IMG/VR virus record: IMGVR_UViG_3300050821_003619
Span: 1-64,000 of that record
Reading direction: 5' to 3' (one strand)
DNA length: 64,000 nucleotides
Source: a virus
The notes under the pieces were generated by a model that saw only the letters and a program-made list of their open reading frames with translations, was not told the DNA's origin and made no database searches. Both the position numbers and the translations under genes were made by a program. The stretch's first letter is position 1; every line of letters begins with the position of its first letter. Below, piece by piece: positions 1 through 9,444 of this stretch.

Positions 1-136
1 TTACCTTAAGAGATGGCTCTTCTGGGGCCACTACAGAGGGGTTAATGACAACTTCATCACTAACGTCTGCTCCACCGGTTGAAAACTGTGCGCTACGAGC
101 GCCACGAGCTAAGGCGTCACCGCCACCTAATGTCAT
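1..136 (-). CDS. 5' part of a late-region protein running off the window (MTLGGGDALARGARS...)
   Basis: ATG at 136 preceded by AGGAG; frame open to the window edge. Confidence 0.55.
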   Translation of the reverse strand, partial: MTLGGGDALARGARSAQFSTGGADVSDEVVINPSVVAPEEPSLKV

Positions 137-200
137 TATTGAGTCTCCTGAGTCTTATATACACCCTACGGACGGTGCATCGGCTCTACGCACGGCACCG

Positions 201-703
201 TCACGAGGGATTACCTGCACGCTCTGTACGTAGAGTACGCTGTGCAGAAACTTGTGTTGAATACTGAGTCAAATATCTTAATGCTTTGTCTAGCCATGTA
301 CTCATAATAGGTACAATTGTTCCTTCTTTGAGAACAGCTTCTATAGTGGCTAGTTTTAAATTACACTTTTCACAAATCAAACCACGAAGGCATTTACTGC
401 ATGATTTTGTTTTCAAATCACAGCAAGAGTGATCATATGGTCTACTGACAGACGATGAAGTCCTCCACGCTGAGAATGGTTAAGATGCTCGCACAGAGCG
501 CAGAGACCGCGCTGTTCAATCAACTTATCTCTGTACCATTCTACAGTCGTGGAGTACTTCTTCATTTCACGAGCAAATTCTCGGGCACGATAAAAGTCTG
601 GATTTTCCAATCTATCTTTTCTAGTCCAATCTGCTCTATATCTATCCGCCTCGACTTTATGGTTTGCATACCATTTCTTTTGTGAAGCGTATTTATCTTT
701 CAT
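201..703 (-). pseudogene. Endonuclease VII-type HNH endonuclease split by a 2-nt frameshift
   Basis: ORF 413..865 has CALC...LSVDH and ORF 201..416 has RGLICEKCN; removing an AT duplication at ~435-438 restores VDHDHSCCDLKTKSC. Confidence 0.75.
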
Positions 704-812
704 TTTCTCTCCTAACAGAGTGAGAAGGGAGTAGGTTAGGCTACTCCCTCCATATCTTGAGTTCATGAGGCCCAAGACTTCACAACTTAAATACCACTTA
801 AGTCCTTTAGAA

Positions 813-2156
813 TCAAATGGTAGGAACGGCTGCGTTCTGGATGTAAAGTCCAGCACGAGGTGCACTGTTTGCCAAGTTGAAGCACGTATTGTACGCGAAC
901 ATATGGCTGGTCAAGTACGAACCGTTTGACGTTCCATTGCCGATGTCAGGCACCGGAGCAACTACGTTACCACCACCGAAGTCATACAACTCCAGAGGTG
1001 ACAACTCACCGATGTACCAGTGGTCAAGAACCAACAGGTCCATACGGTTTGGCGAGAACGTGAAGCTCTTGTGATACTTACGTCCACCGAATGTGTCACT
1101 GAAATACTTACGTGACATATCCATCGTCTTGTCGCCCTTTACTTCCTGAGCGTTGATGATCTGAACGTTGTAAAACAAGTTGCTCTGAGCCATCGCCTGC
1201 TCAGGCGGACCATACCACACGCCCGACTTAATGCTATCTGCATCTGGACCCAATGCACGACCTAGCAGAACTTCTGCACGCTGTGCAATATTTGGGGTCA
1301 ATGCTGCACCGGCCAAGTTAATGGTTGGGGTGCTTAGGCGACCGGGATACGCGTTACGGTTCAATCCACCGATGGTACCGGTGTTTGAGTTAACGTCCCA
1401 CGCCTTGATACCAAGAATAGAGTTCCCGGCACCATAGGTCGCTCCCTGCACAACGATGTAGTCAGTTGTAACTACGTCTGAAGGCAGGACTGTGCTGAAA
1501 TACAAGGTGTTGCTAGGACCATCAGAATAGCTGATAGTAGCCGTAGAGTTTCCACCTCCAGTACGCTGCACACCAGCGGTACTGTAGAACTTCACAACCT
1601 GCTGATCGGTAAACGCAACTGCAACGTTGACACCGGCGATACTTGCAGTCTGTGCTGCAGGTGAACCACCAGATAGAACGATTGTAGCTGTGCTTGGAAT
1701 CTGGTCAATCATACCAGAACCGTCAGCGTTAATAAGACCTTCGATACCCTGCATAGCAGCGTCCAAAGAGTTCTTCATTTCCTGTGCCTTTACAGCGAAC
1801 AAGCCCTTCTGCTTGCTATCCGTAGAAGCCTGAGCTAACCACGAGATTTCGCAAACGTTGAACAAGTACACTGGAGCAATGGCGAACGAAGCCCACTGTG
1901 AACCAGAACCACGAAGCATCGAATCTGCGTTACCAGTTCCCTGAGAAATAGCAGAACCCGCTTGTACGCGGAAAGGTACGCGGAACGAAGGACGTTGTAC
2001 ACCACCAGCGTTAGACTGATTGCTAACGGGGATGTTTGTTGCTTCAGCCTTAAACATGCTGTAGGCTGTAGTACCATGGAAAACTAGATCAGGAATCTCT
2101 TTCGCAAACGCGTCAAGTTCCACTGCTTCCACGGCTGCTTCTAATAGAGCAGACAT
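813..2156 (-). CDS. Major capsid protein
   Basis: 447 aa; follows portal and scaffold in a typical head-gene order; composition fits a coat protein. Confidence 0.8.
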   Translation of the reverse strand: MSALLEAAVEAVELDAFAKEIPDLVFHGTTAYSMFKAEATNIPVSNQSNAGGVQRPSFRVPFRVQAGSAISQGTGNADSMLRGSGSQWASFAIAPVYLFNVCEISWLAQASTDSKQKGLFAVKAQEMKNSLDAAMQGIEGLINADGSGMIDQIPSTATIVLSGGSPAAQTASIAGVNVAVAFTDQQVVKFYSTAGVQRTGGGNSTATISYSDGPSNTLYFSTVLPSDVVTTDYIVVQGATYGAGNSILGIKAWDVNSNTGTIGGLNRNAYPGRLSTPTINLAGAALTPNIAQRAEVLLGRALGPDADSIKSGVWYGPPEQAMAQSNLFYNVQIINAQEVKGDKTMDMSRKYFSDTFGGRKYHKSFTFSPNRMDLLVLDHWYIGELSPLELYDFGGGNVVAPVPDIGNGTSNGSYLTSHMFAYNTCFNLANSAPRAGLYIQNAAVPTI

Positions 2157-2453
2157 ATTACGTTTCTTTCCAAAAACAATTAATGTACGCCATAAGGCAC
2201 AAGCCTTACCACGCCATGTGAGTCAATTTGTTTCCACGTCCTTGAAAGTCGCTCATATTTTAGGTGTTCACGCCACCACTGCTCTTTTTTGGATAGTGTA
2301 AAGCTAAGCTTGTGTAGCTCTTTAGTAGCCTATACCTTGTCCTTGGTCTAGGTGATTCGGTTCCATCACGATAGTGCTACTAAGGAGCCACACCGGGCTC
2401 CCCTCAAACCGTAATCCAGTTCTCTCAAAGAGAACTTTAAGGTTGAGTCGGTA

Positions 2454-2642
2454 TTACAGAGTTTGAGTTGAAGCTGCTACGTCTTGTGCTTGTACGGTTA
2501 CGGTATTACCTGAACCGGCCAACTTCACAACTACGTTAGCTGAAGGTCCTGTGCTTGAAGTAGAAGTTACGGTTCCTACAATAGTAACTCCATCTCCAGT
2601 GTTGACCGGCTTACCTGCGCGATCTGTTACTTGATCTGCCAT
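2454..2642 (-). CDS. Small beta-rich virion-associated protein (one repeat of the domain in 7529..7945)
   Basis: RBS AGGAG; motif GKPV..GD.VTI.G.V.S...VQAQD shared with 7529..7945. Confidence 0.6.
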   Translation of the reverse strand: MADQVTDRAGKPVNTGDGVTIVGTVTSTSSTGPSANVVVKLAGSGNTVTVQAQDVAASTQTL

Positions 2643-2676
2643 GTTTATCTCCTAATTTGATTTCATGGCAGCAATA

Positions 2677-3156
2677 TTACTTGCGCCACGTTGGTGTGCC
2701 GTTTATATCAGCACGTCTTCTTAGTATTTCCTTTTTCCATTGGTGATTGTGGCACAGAGTTTGAAATCCTTGAGGGAACCCTTGTTTTATTAGTTTGTAA
2801 TAAAGAGTGATACCGCTCAGACCTGTTTTCTTTCTATCTTCATTTCCCGTGTTATCTATATGGTCCAAACTCAACATATCAGGATCACACACTTCACATC
2901 CATCCCAACAACATTTAAGCTTATTATTGGGACCATAATGTGTCAATACTAAGGACTTTTGTTGTAATCTTTTTTCGCTTCTTCCTTGATTTATGCGATT
3001 TCTACATTCTATACAGAATTTGATGGTAGGTCTGCCGTGACCGCTAGGAACAACAGCCGGACTATCACCACAACAAACACATAAACCTTTGGATTTCAAA
3101 TCATTGTATCTAATTTTATTCTTTTCTGAATTCAACAATGTGAACCTTCCAATCAA
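2677..3156 (-). CDS. HNH endonuclease (real start probably TTG ~3138)
   Basis: GLCVCCG, CCWDGC, LSLDHID...FQTLCHNH motifs. Confidence 0.75.
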   Translation of the reverse strand: MIGRFTLLNSEKNKIRYNDLKSKGLCVCCGDSPAVVPSGHGRPTIKFCIECRNRINQGRSEKRLQQKSLVLTHYGPNNKLKCCWDGCEVCDPDMLSLDHIDNTGNEDRKKTGLSGITLYYKLIKQGFPQGFQTLCHNHQWKKEILRRRADINGTPTWRK

Positions 3157-3232
3157 GTCGAGAAGAGGGGTGGATTGGCACCCCTCAACTCTATCCTATA
3201 GGTAATTAGTCTATAGGTAATCATTTAGTAAC

Positions 3233-4660
3233 TTATCGTCTCCAAGTTACCAGTTTCCACTTGCCTTTTCCGTCAGGAATGTATCCTTTTCCTGCAATTT
3301 CTAGCAGGCTTTGGGGGTCCATATCTCTATTCAGATTCTTAGGCTTTACCGCTACATACACGGGCTTACCGGAAGCCACAGCTACAGCATCCTGTTTCTG
3401 TGTTTGTTCCTTTTTCTGATTAGCTGCAGCAATACGACCGGCTGCGCTACCGCCTTTGGCATGATCTGGGTACATTCTCTGCACCGCACTGCGTACAATG
3501 CGATCTGCCATGGTTTCAACTTTTGTCTTGTGATACTGAAGGATTTTACCTTTGTCTGGAGTCTTTGCTCCCCATAGGGCCTTCATTTGGGTTTGATAAG
3601 CTTTGTCGGAAGAAAGTTCATCACGCAAATTACGCTGAATCTCTGCTGCCAATGGGCGAAGGTTCTCTCTGCTAAACCCTTTGAAATACGCACTCTTCAA
3701 GAAAGGAGTCAAATGCTTACCCAACATGTTATTGCTGGTAGTTTCGGCTTCTTTTCCCACCGCACTTTGGAATTCCTTAGTTTGGTTGGTCTTGAATTCT
3801 TGCTGTTCCTTCTCAAATTTTTCTCGGTCAGCCTTAAGTGCTAGTTGCTCTGGGGTAGGAGCTTGTTTTGCTTTGGCCGCTTCGCCTTTTAGCTTACCAA
3901 ACCAATCTCCCATATCAGCAACAATAGCTTTAATTTCGGCTACGCTCTTTTCGTCACCGACTTCAGCCAAATTAGTTAGAGCAGCTATCACATCGGGAAG
4001 CTTCGCTCTTTCTAGGCTCTCAACATAATGAGGAGTAAGAGTAGCGTAGTATGCCTTCTTATCCACGTCCTTTAACTTATCTAAGAACGGGGAAGCCAGC
4101 TTACCAAACGCGTCCTGCTTGCCTTCACTCTTCATGTCTTCATAGATATTATCTAGAAGTTTAGCATCTCCTGAGTAAAGAAGATGATCACTTTCTTCCA
4201 CACTTTTTAAGGTGTTCTGTAGCTGTTCAAAGCCTTCATATCCACCGATATTCTCGATAAACTGTTTGGCTTCTCGCGCTTCTTGAACCGTAGGGAATTC
4301 TGCTTTGTAGGCTTCGTGGCGCTCAAACGCACCATGCAACTGCTTAACCATGGCAGAATTCTTAGGATCAGCATCCTTAAATGCCTTCAATGCCTTACGA
4401 ACTTCCTGAGGTGTACTCTCTGTGCCGGGAAGCTCTTCCTTGGTGGCTTCAGTCTTATCCCCGGCTGCTACCTCGGTCTTGCCTTCAGCGCCTTCTTTTC
4501 CTGAGTCTGTAGTTTCATTGCCAACTTCCGTAGTAGTTTCTACGGTAGGTGTTTCTGTGGTTTCCACCTCAGTAGTTTCTGAGTTAACTTCTGGTGTGGT
4601 ATTCTCTGCTGCCGTAGCCTGAGCATCTAGGCCAGCGAAATCTAATACTGATTCAGCCAT
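3233..4660 (-). CDS. Capsid scaffolding protein (putative)
   Basis: Acidic low-complexity N-terminus, helical/coiled-coil, between portal and capsid. Confidence 0.65.
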   Translation of the reverse strand: MAESVLDFAGLDAQATAAENTTPEVNSETTEVETTETPTVETTTEVGNETTDSGKEGAEGKTEVAAGDKTEATKEELPGTESTPQEVRKALKAFKDADPKNSAMVKQLHGAFERHEAYKAEFPTVQEAREAKQFIENIGGYEGFEQLQNTLKSVEESDHLLYSGDAKLLDNIYEDMKSEGKQDAFGKLASPFLDKLKDVDKKAYYATLTPHYVESLERAKLPDVIAALTNLAEVGDEKSVAEIKAIVADMGDWFGKLKGEAAKAKQAPTPEQLALKADREKFEKEQQEFKTNQTKEFQSAVGKEAETTSNNMLGKHLTPFLKSAYFKGFSRENLRPLAAEIQRNLRDELSSDKAYQTQMKALWGAKTPDKGKILQYHKTKVETMADRIVRSAVQRMYPDHAKGGSAAGRIAAANQKKEQTQKQDAVAVASGKPVYVAVKPKNLNRDMDPQSLLEIAGKGYIPDGKGKWKLVTWRR

Positions 4661-4693
4661 CTATGGCTCCTCGTGAGTCTTCTGAGTCAATAG

Positions 4694-4718
4694 AAAAGGG
4701 TGCCCGTAGGCACCCTTT
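4694..4718 (-). terminator. Intrinsic terminator hairpin after portal
   Basis: AAAGGGTGCC-N-GGCACCCTTT inverted repeat followed by TTTT on minus. Confidence 0.55.
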
Positions 4719-4721
4719 GTC

Positions 4722-7355
4722 TTACTGCGTTTTCATTGCATCCGGTATAACTTTCTTAGCTACTGCATCGTTCAACTGTTGTTTCTGATGCTGCTCAAAG
4801 TCTTCCGGCTTGGCTTGAATTCCATCTTTAGCCAAAGCCTGTATCGCCACGCTTACTGGCATCTTGTCAATAGGTATTGACATACTTGCAGGTTTAGCTT
4901 GTGCTGGAGGAGCATTCTCTGCGGCAATTTTCTTTGCCATAGCTAGGTGCTCACTCCAATGCAGGTGTACGTTCTCATATGCAGCCTTTTGTTCCGGCGT
5001 GCCATACTTGAATTTTTGACCTTCGTTGGAATTCATCCAATCAAAACATGTATCAGCTTCAATCTGGTGATTTTCGCTTTCATCCTCAGCCACTGGTATA
5101 GTGCTGATATTAGGAGGTAAGCTTTGTATCACTTGTTGTAGCTGCTGCATCATCTGCTCTGCACCAGACATCTCAGGTGGAAGTTGTCCTCCTGATAATT
5201 GTGCCGCTTGCTGAGCTTGTTGATACCCATCCTGTGCTTGTTCCAGAGATGCTTTGGCCTGTTCAACCTGTGGGTTGGGATCAGGTCCGCTACGAAGCAG
5301 AGTTTCAAACTCATACTTTTGCTTAGTAACAGAGGTTGCGCCGGGAACTTTGAAGTTCTTCATTCGTATAGCATCGACCAATATAGGAAGATTCTGCGAT
5401 GAGAACAGCCACTGCGCTAATTCAGGGTTCTGAATTGCAGTGTCAATCATCTTCAGCATCTTAGACTCTTTTTGCTGCCAAGATTCTGGGAATGCTGGGT
5501 TAGATTCGGCGTAGCATAGAACATTTCCATTAGCTAAATTCGTAGTGTTAACGGATACGTTCTTAGTTTCTCCTGTGTTACCTCCAACTGGAATGTTTTG
5601 AGAAATTCTTTTTCCTTCTCTACATTCTGCAGCGCACTTTACTGCTTGTCGTGCAGCCTCAGCAAACAAATCTTGGATTGCGTTCCATGGGCAACCCACG
5701 CGCTGAAGAGCTTGGTCTCTCTGAATTACTGCATTTCCTACCGTCTCTTCTCCAGTGGCTGCACCAAACAACGATGGCAGCGCTCCAGAAATCTCTTCTG
5801 ACAGGCCGGAAATAAACCACTTAATAAAATCTGCTAATGCAGCTTGAGGCTGAGGGGTTTCTTCCACGAACATATACTGATCTCGTGCTGTTAAACCCGG
5901 CTGAATTTGGAATGGACCTGAGGAACCCGGAACATTAGGATTCTTCTTCATAGCCTCCATATCGAAAGCCTCAGCGTTGTACCACTTTTTAGGTACGGTG
6001 CGCTTGAAGTAGTCATCCAACAAGTCAACCCAATCGTTGATTCTCTTTTGAATAGAAATCAACGCGTCTCCCATTGATCTACGATTTTGACCTTTGCCTG
6101 AGAAAGGGTGACCTATAACAAGGTGGTCATCCATGTTCTCATTGCGTGCAAAAGCAAATTCTGATCCTGCTTTAACTAACAAGCATCCATCTGGAAACTT
6201 TTCTAGCAACTCTGCTCTTATTGCATCATCTACTTGTTCATCCATAAACATTGAGGGACGAAACCAAGTATGCTTTACTACAATATGTCTAGAAAAAGAA
6301 TCACCAGTAACATATGCTCCAAGCACTGCTTGTCTGGTATTCTCTCTAGCAATTCTATCTAGTTCAGATTCTGAAATTTTATCTGAACCGGGCTTGAGTT
6401 TGTCTGCAATCCAAGGAAATTTAGCCTTGGCAATAACTACATCAACATCCTCAAACAACTGCACAAACTGCATATCTTTTAGGTGATCAACAGCTATAGG
6501 TACTTTGTGATCCAACTTACCAAACACTGATGTCACTTCTCTACCTAGAGGCTTACGTACTGGAGCAGCCGTTGTGTCCGGCTCTTCTCCTTCTCCTTCT
6601 TGGTCAGTTATATCTAAAGATTCAGGAACTAAGGATGTATCTTGAGAAAGAATGTCGTCAAGACCTTCCTGCCCTGTCTCTACTGCCGGTGGAGGATTTA
6701 GTCTATCCTCTGGTACTGTTGGAACTGGTTGATCTTCTTCATAGCCGTATTCTTGGCCGTTAAGCTCGTAACGCGTCCACAATAGGACTCTATCTTCATT
6801 CCAAAATATACGTGCTGTGTCTACCAACAACTGATGCAAATTGTTATTGCGTGCCCAAATCATTTTAAAATTATCGGCTTCTTCAGCAGCGATAATATCT
6901 GGGCCGTAATCAGGATTATTGGGGAAAAATTCTACCTTTGGAACTTCTCTGGATAGAGCCGCAACGATGATGTCACCTTTTGGTCCATATACGTTTGTGT
7001 CGTATATTCCATTGTTGGTGTACTGTTGTGATGCTCCATATCCAGTAGTGTTACCGGGAAGAATCCACCCTCCCTGTTTACCTCTCAGCAAGTGTTGGTA
7101 CCCACGATCAAAATGGATAGCTTCCCACGCTTGCTCTACTTCTAATCTTCTAGCGGCTACGTCAGTTCTTGTAGCTATACCGTCTAGCTGTAGTAACGTG
7201 CCTTTAGCTTCATCTGATAACTGAGCAAATGGCTCGCTAGAGTAGTCGAAGGACGCATACACCCCTAAAGGGCTATCCTCTGGCTTTTCAGGCTGAACCG
7301 TCGAGCTTGGTCCATCATGATTTGCGTTAGCCGGTACTCCGTTTGGGTCAGCCAT
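4722..7355 (-). CDS. Portal protein
   Basis: 877 aa downstream of terminase; Gln-rich C-terminal region typical of P22-like portals. Confidence 0.75.
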   Translation of the reverse strand: MADPNGVPANANHDGPSSTVQPEKPEDSPLGVYASFDYSSEPFAQLSDEAKGTLLQLDGIATRTDVAARRLEVEQAWEAIHFDRGYQHLLRGKQGGWILPGNTTGYGASQQYTNNGIYDTNVYGPKGDIIVAALSREVPKVEFFPNNPDYGPDIIAAEEADNFKMIWARNNNLHQLLVDTARIFWNEDRVLLWTRYELNGQEYGYEEDQPVPTVPEDRLNPPPAVETGQEGLDDILSQDTSLVPESLDITDQEGEGEEPDTTAAPVRKPLGREVTSVFGKLDHKVPIAVDHLKDMQFVQLFEDVDVVIAKAKFPWIADKLKPGSDKISESELDRIARENTRQAVLGAYVTGDSFSRHIVVKHTWFRPSMFMDEQVDDAIRAELLEKFPDGCLLVKAGSEFAFARNENMDDHLVIGHPFSGKGQNRRSMGDALISIQKRINDWVDLLDDYFKRTVPKKWYNAEAFDMEAMKKNPNVPGSSGPFQIQPGLTARDQYMFVEETPQPQAALADFIKWFISGLSEEISGALPSLFGAATGEETVGNAVIQRDQALQRVGCPWNAIQDLFAEAARQAVKCAAECREGKRISQNIPVGGNTGETKNVSVNTTNLANGNVLCYAESNPAFPESWQQKESKMLKMIDTAIQNPELAQWLFSSQNLPILVDAIRMKNFKVPGATSVTKQKYEFETLLRSGPDPNPQVEQAKASLEQAQDGYQQAQQAAQLSGGQLPPEMSGAEQMMQQLQQVIQSLPPNISTIPVAEDESENHQIEADTCFDWMNSNEGQKFKYGTPEQKAAYENVHLHWSEHLAMAKKIAAENAPPAQAKPASMSIPIDKMPVSVAIQALAKDGIQAKPEDFEQHQKQQLNDAVAKKVIPDAMKTQ

Positions 7356-7366
7356 CTGCTCTCCTG

Positions 7367-7528
7367 TTATTTCTTTCGTGCGTGAGCGAACTTCTTTTTC
7401 TTAGACTTCTTCTCTGGCAGAGAATCAAAATTGGTGGCGCTCGACCACTCTGCCAGTTTCTCCTTGCCTCCTACCTTTTCAGGATGGGCATAAAGGAATC
7501 TCTGTTGCGCCTTGGATGAAAACGGCAT
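7367..7528 (-). CDS. Small basic phage protein (MPFSSKAQQRFLYAHPEK...), 53 aa, not in ORF track
   Basis: Translated by hand; fills the gap between neighbouring genes. Confidence 0.65.
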   Translation of the reverse strand: MPFSSKAQQRFLYAHPEKVGGKEKLAEWSSATNFDSLPEKKSKKKKFAHARKK

Positions 7529-7945
7529 TTACACTAGGTTTCCAGCCACGCTTGCGGCGGACTGAAGTGCTCCTGCACTTGCATTCACTGAATTCTGTGA
7601 GTTGGCTAGTTTAATGCTGAGCAATGCTGTGCTTCCAGAACCAGACACTAGACCGGTAACAACTCCTCTTACCGATACCTGAAATCCAGTTCCAAATTCC
7701 ATACCACCTTGCGCTACTGCTGGGTTAGTCGCAGAGCTATCCAAAGGGTTAACAGGTCCACCTGCAAGAGGTGCATAGCAATCTTGGGCCTGTACAACAA
7801 TGCTGTCATTAGATTTTGTAGTTATCGTACAACTTGCGGTTGATCCACTACCTGAAATACTAGCAACAATGCCCATGATGGTGCACTGATCGTTAGCAAA
7901 CACGGGCTGGCCGTTTGTATTGGTTCCAATTACACCTGTGCTCAT
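7529..7945 (-). CDS. Two-repeat beta-rich protein, paralog of 2454..2642
   Basis: Internal repeat SGSGSTA...VQAQD / SGSGSTA...VNAS. Confidence 0.6.
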   Translation of the reverse strand: MSTGVIGTNTNGQPVFANDQCTIMGIVASISGSGSTASCTITTKSNDSIVVQAQDCYAPLAGGPVNPLDSSATNPAVAQGGMEFGTGFQVSVRGVVTGLVSGSGSTALLSIKLANSQNSVNASAGALQSAASVAGNLV

Positions 7946-7961
7946 ATTCTATTCTCCGTAT

Positions 7962-8333
7962 TTAAACTAGATCAGGCATCTCATAATTGCGTTCTTCACT
8001 CTCAGCGCCTTGTTGGTCTGGATGAGTACGCTTTTTAACATCAGTTGCTTGCTCAGTTCCACCAGCTTCATAAGCCTCTGCAGCGCTGTTGTATTCGCTG
8101 GTAGTCTGAGAACCGTCCTCGTGGGTCTTTGTTACTTTGTGCTTGCCACCATCGTGATCATGGGAATAGTGCACGTGTGCCGCACGCTTCTCCGTACCTG
8201 TATCTTGTGACTCAGCTTTTTCGTTTGATTCTTTACCGGCTGGCTGTTCAGTAGCTCCGTAGGAATCAAATCTACGCTGTTGATAAACAGAACCAAACTT
8301 TTTACCGGGCTCTCTTTTGCTTTCAAATGCCAT
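7962..8333 (-). CDS. His-rich acidic protein, paralog of 8349..8816
   Basis: KKFGS..., HVHYSHD, C-terminal MPDLV. Confidence 0.65.
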   Translation of the reverse strand: MAFESKREPGKKFGSVYQQRRFDSYGATEQPAGKESNEKAESQDTGTEKRAAHVHYSHDHDGGKHKVTKTHEDGSQTTSEYNSAAEAYEAGGTEQATDVKKRTHPDQQGAESEERNYEMPDLV

Positions 8334-8348
8334 TAGAATTGTCCTTTT

Positions 8349-8816
8349 TTACGCTAAGCGTGGCATCTTAAAGCCGTCTGGCTCAGGTGCGCCTTCATCT
8401 TGTGGTAGTTCGGAAGCCGTCTGGTCTCCTCCACCCAATTGCTTTGCTGCTGTCTGTGCTTCTTGCGCCGATGCGTGATCGCTGTCATGTACGTGACCAT
8501 CTGCATGTACAGAGTGCACATGATGCTTATTGTTAGTATTATCGTGACTAACGTGCACATGCTGAGCTTTCCCATGCTGTTTTACTACTTGTTCGGGAGC
8601 CTCTTGCTGCTGTTGTCCTTCTTGTGCACCTTCTTGTTCCCCAGATTCAAACTCAGGAGTTTCTTGCGACTCATGAGCATCATTCATCAGCTTAGCGCCT
8701 GCTGATGCCGCTGGTTTCTCAGCCGGTTTTTCAGCCGCACCGTGGTGCTGATCGTATTTACGCTGAGCAAAACGGCTACCAAATTTCTTACTTCCATCTT
8801 TTGTTGGAAATGGCAC
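8349..8816 (-). CDS. His-rich acidic protein
   Basis: KKFGS..., HVHVSHD..KHHVHSVHADGHVH, C-terminal MPRLA. Confidence 0.65.
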   Translation of the reverse strand: MPFPTKDGSKKFGSRFAQRKYDQHHGAAEKPAEKPAASAGAKLMNDAHESQETPEFESGEQEGAQEGQQQQEAPEQVVKQHGKAQHVHVSHDNTNNKHHVHSVHADGHVHDSDHASAQEAQTAAKQLGGGDQTASELPQDEGAPEPDGFKMPRLA

Positions 8817-8842
8817 TGTATTCTCCTAGGCTTTGTAGCCGC

Positions 8843-9055
8843 TTACATCTCGTCAACTATTTTTTCCAATTGTTTCTTCAAATCGGCTTTAGTCTTTGCT
8901 ACATAATCCTTGCTCTCTCCAAATGATGGAGGAACCCAACCCGCTCTCTCGGAGAGAGAAGGCTCATTCTTATAGCAAACGCAAAGTTTAAATCCGTTTT
9001 CAACCACGTCAACACCTACGTGGCATATGCTTTTCTTAGTCTCTTTTTCAGACAC
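8843..9055 (-). CDS. Hypothetical protein
   Basis: Tightly packed in late operon. Confidence 0.55.
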   Translation of the reverse strand: MSEKETKKSICHVGVDVVENGFKLCVCYKNEPSLSERAGWVPPSFGESKDYVAKTKADLKKQLEKIVDEM

Positions 9056-9434
9056 TCTTGGTCTCCTTTGCTTTTCTCTCTTCTTCTAGCTCTTTAGCAT
9101 TTTTTAAATCGTTTTCCATTACCAAACGTTGCCAGTTAGAGATAGCAGGTGGAGACATGAACATTTCTTTAGAAAAATTGGGTTTAGTTGGTTTAGAGTA
9201 AGCAACTACCTCTGCGCCCTGTGCAGATGCCCTCGGCATAATTGTGAGTTCATAGAGATTAACTTTAGCAATTAACTGCTGCTTCTCTTCTCTCAAATTA
9301 GCGATGATAGACTCTTTGTCTTGCAGGCGATTTTCAAAGTCTGCTCGCAAGCGTACAAGGTCTTCTTCCAAACGTTCTACCAAACGAGACCCAAAAAGCT
9401 CTCGAAAGAAATGTCGAATATCACTTCCGGTCAT
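9048..9434 (-). CDS. Coiled-coil hypothetical protein
   Basis: RBS AGGAG; heptad pattern. Confidence 0.6.
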   Translation of the reverse strand: MTGSDIRHFFRELFGSRLVERLEEDLVRLRADFENRLQDKESIIANLREEKQQLIAKVNLYELTIMPRASAQGAEVVAYSKPTKPNFSKEMFMSPPAISNWQRLVMENDLKNAKELEEERKAKETKSV

Positions 9435-9444
9435 TCTGAGTCTC

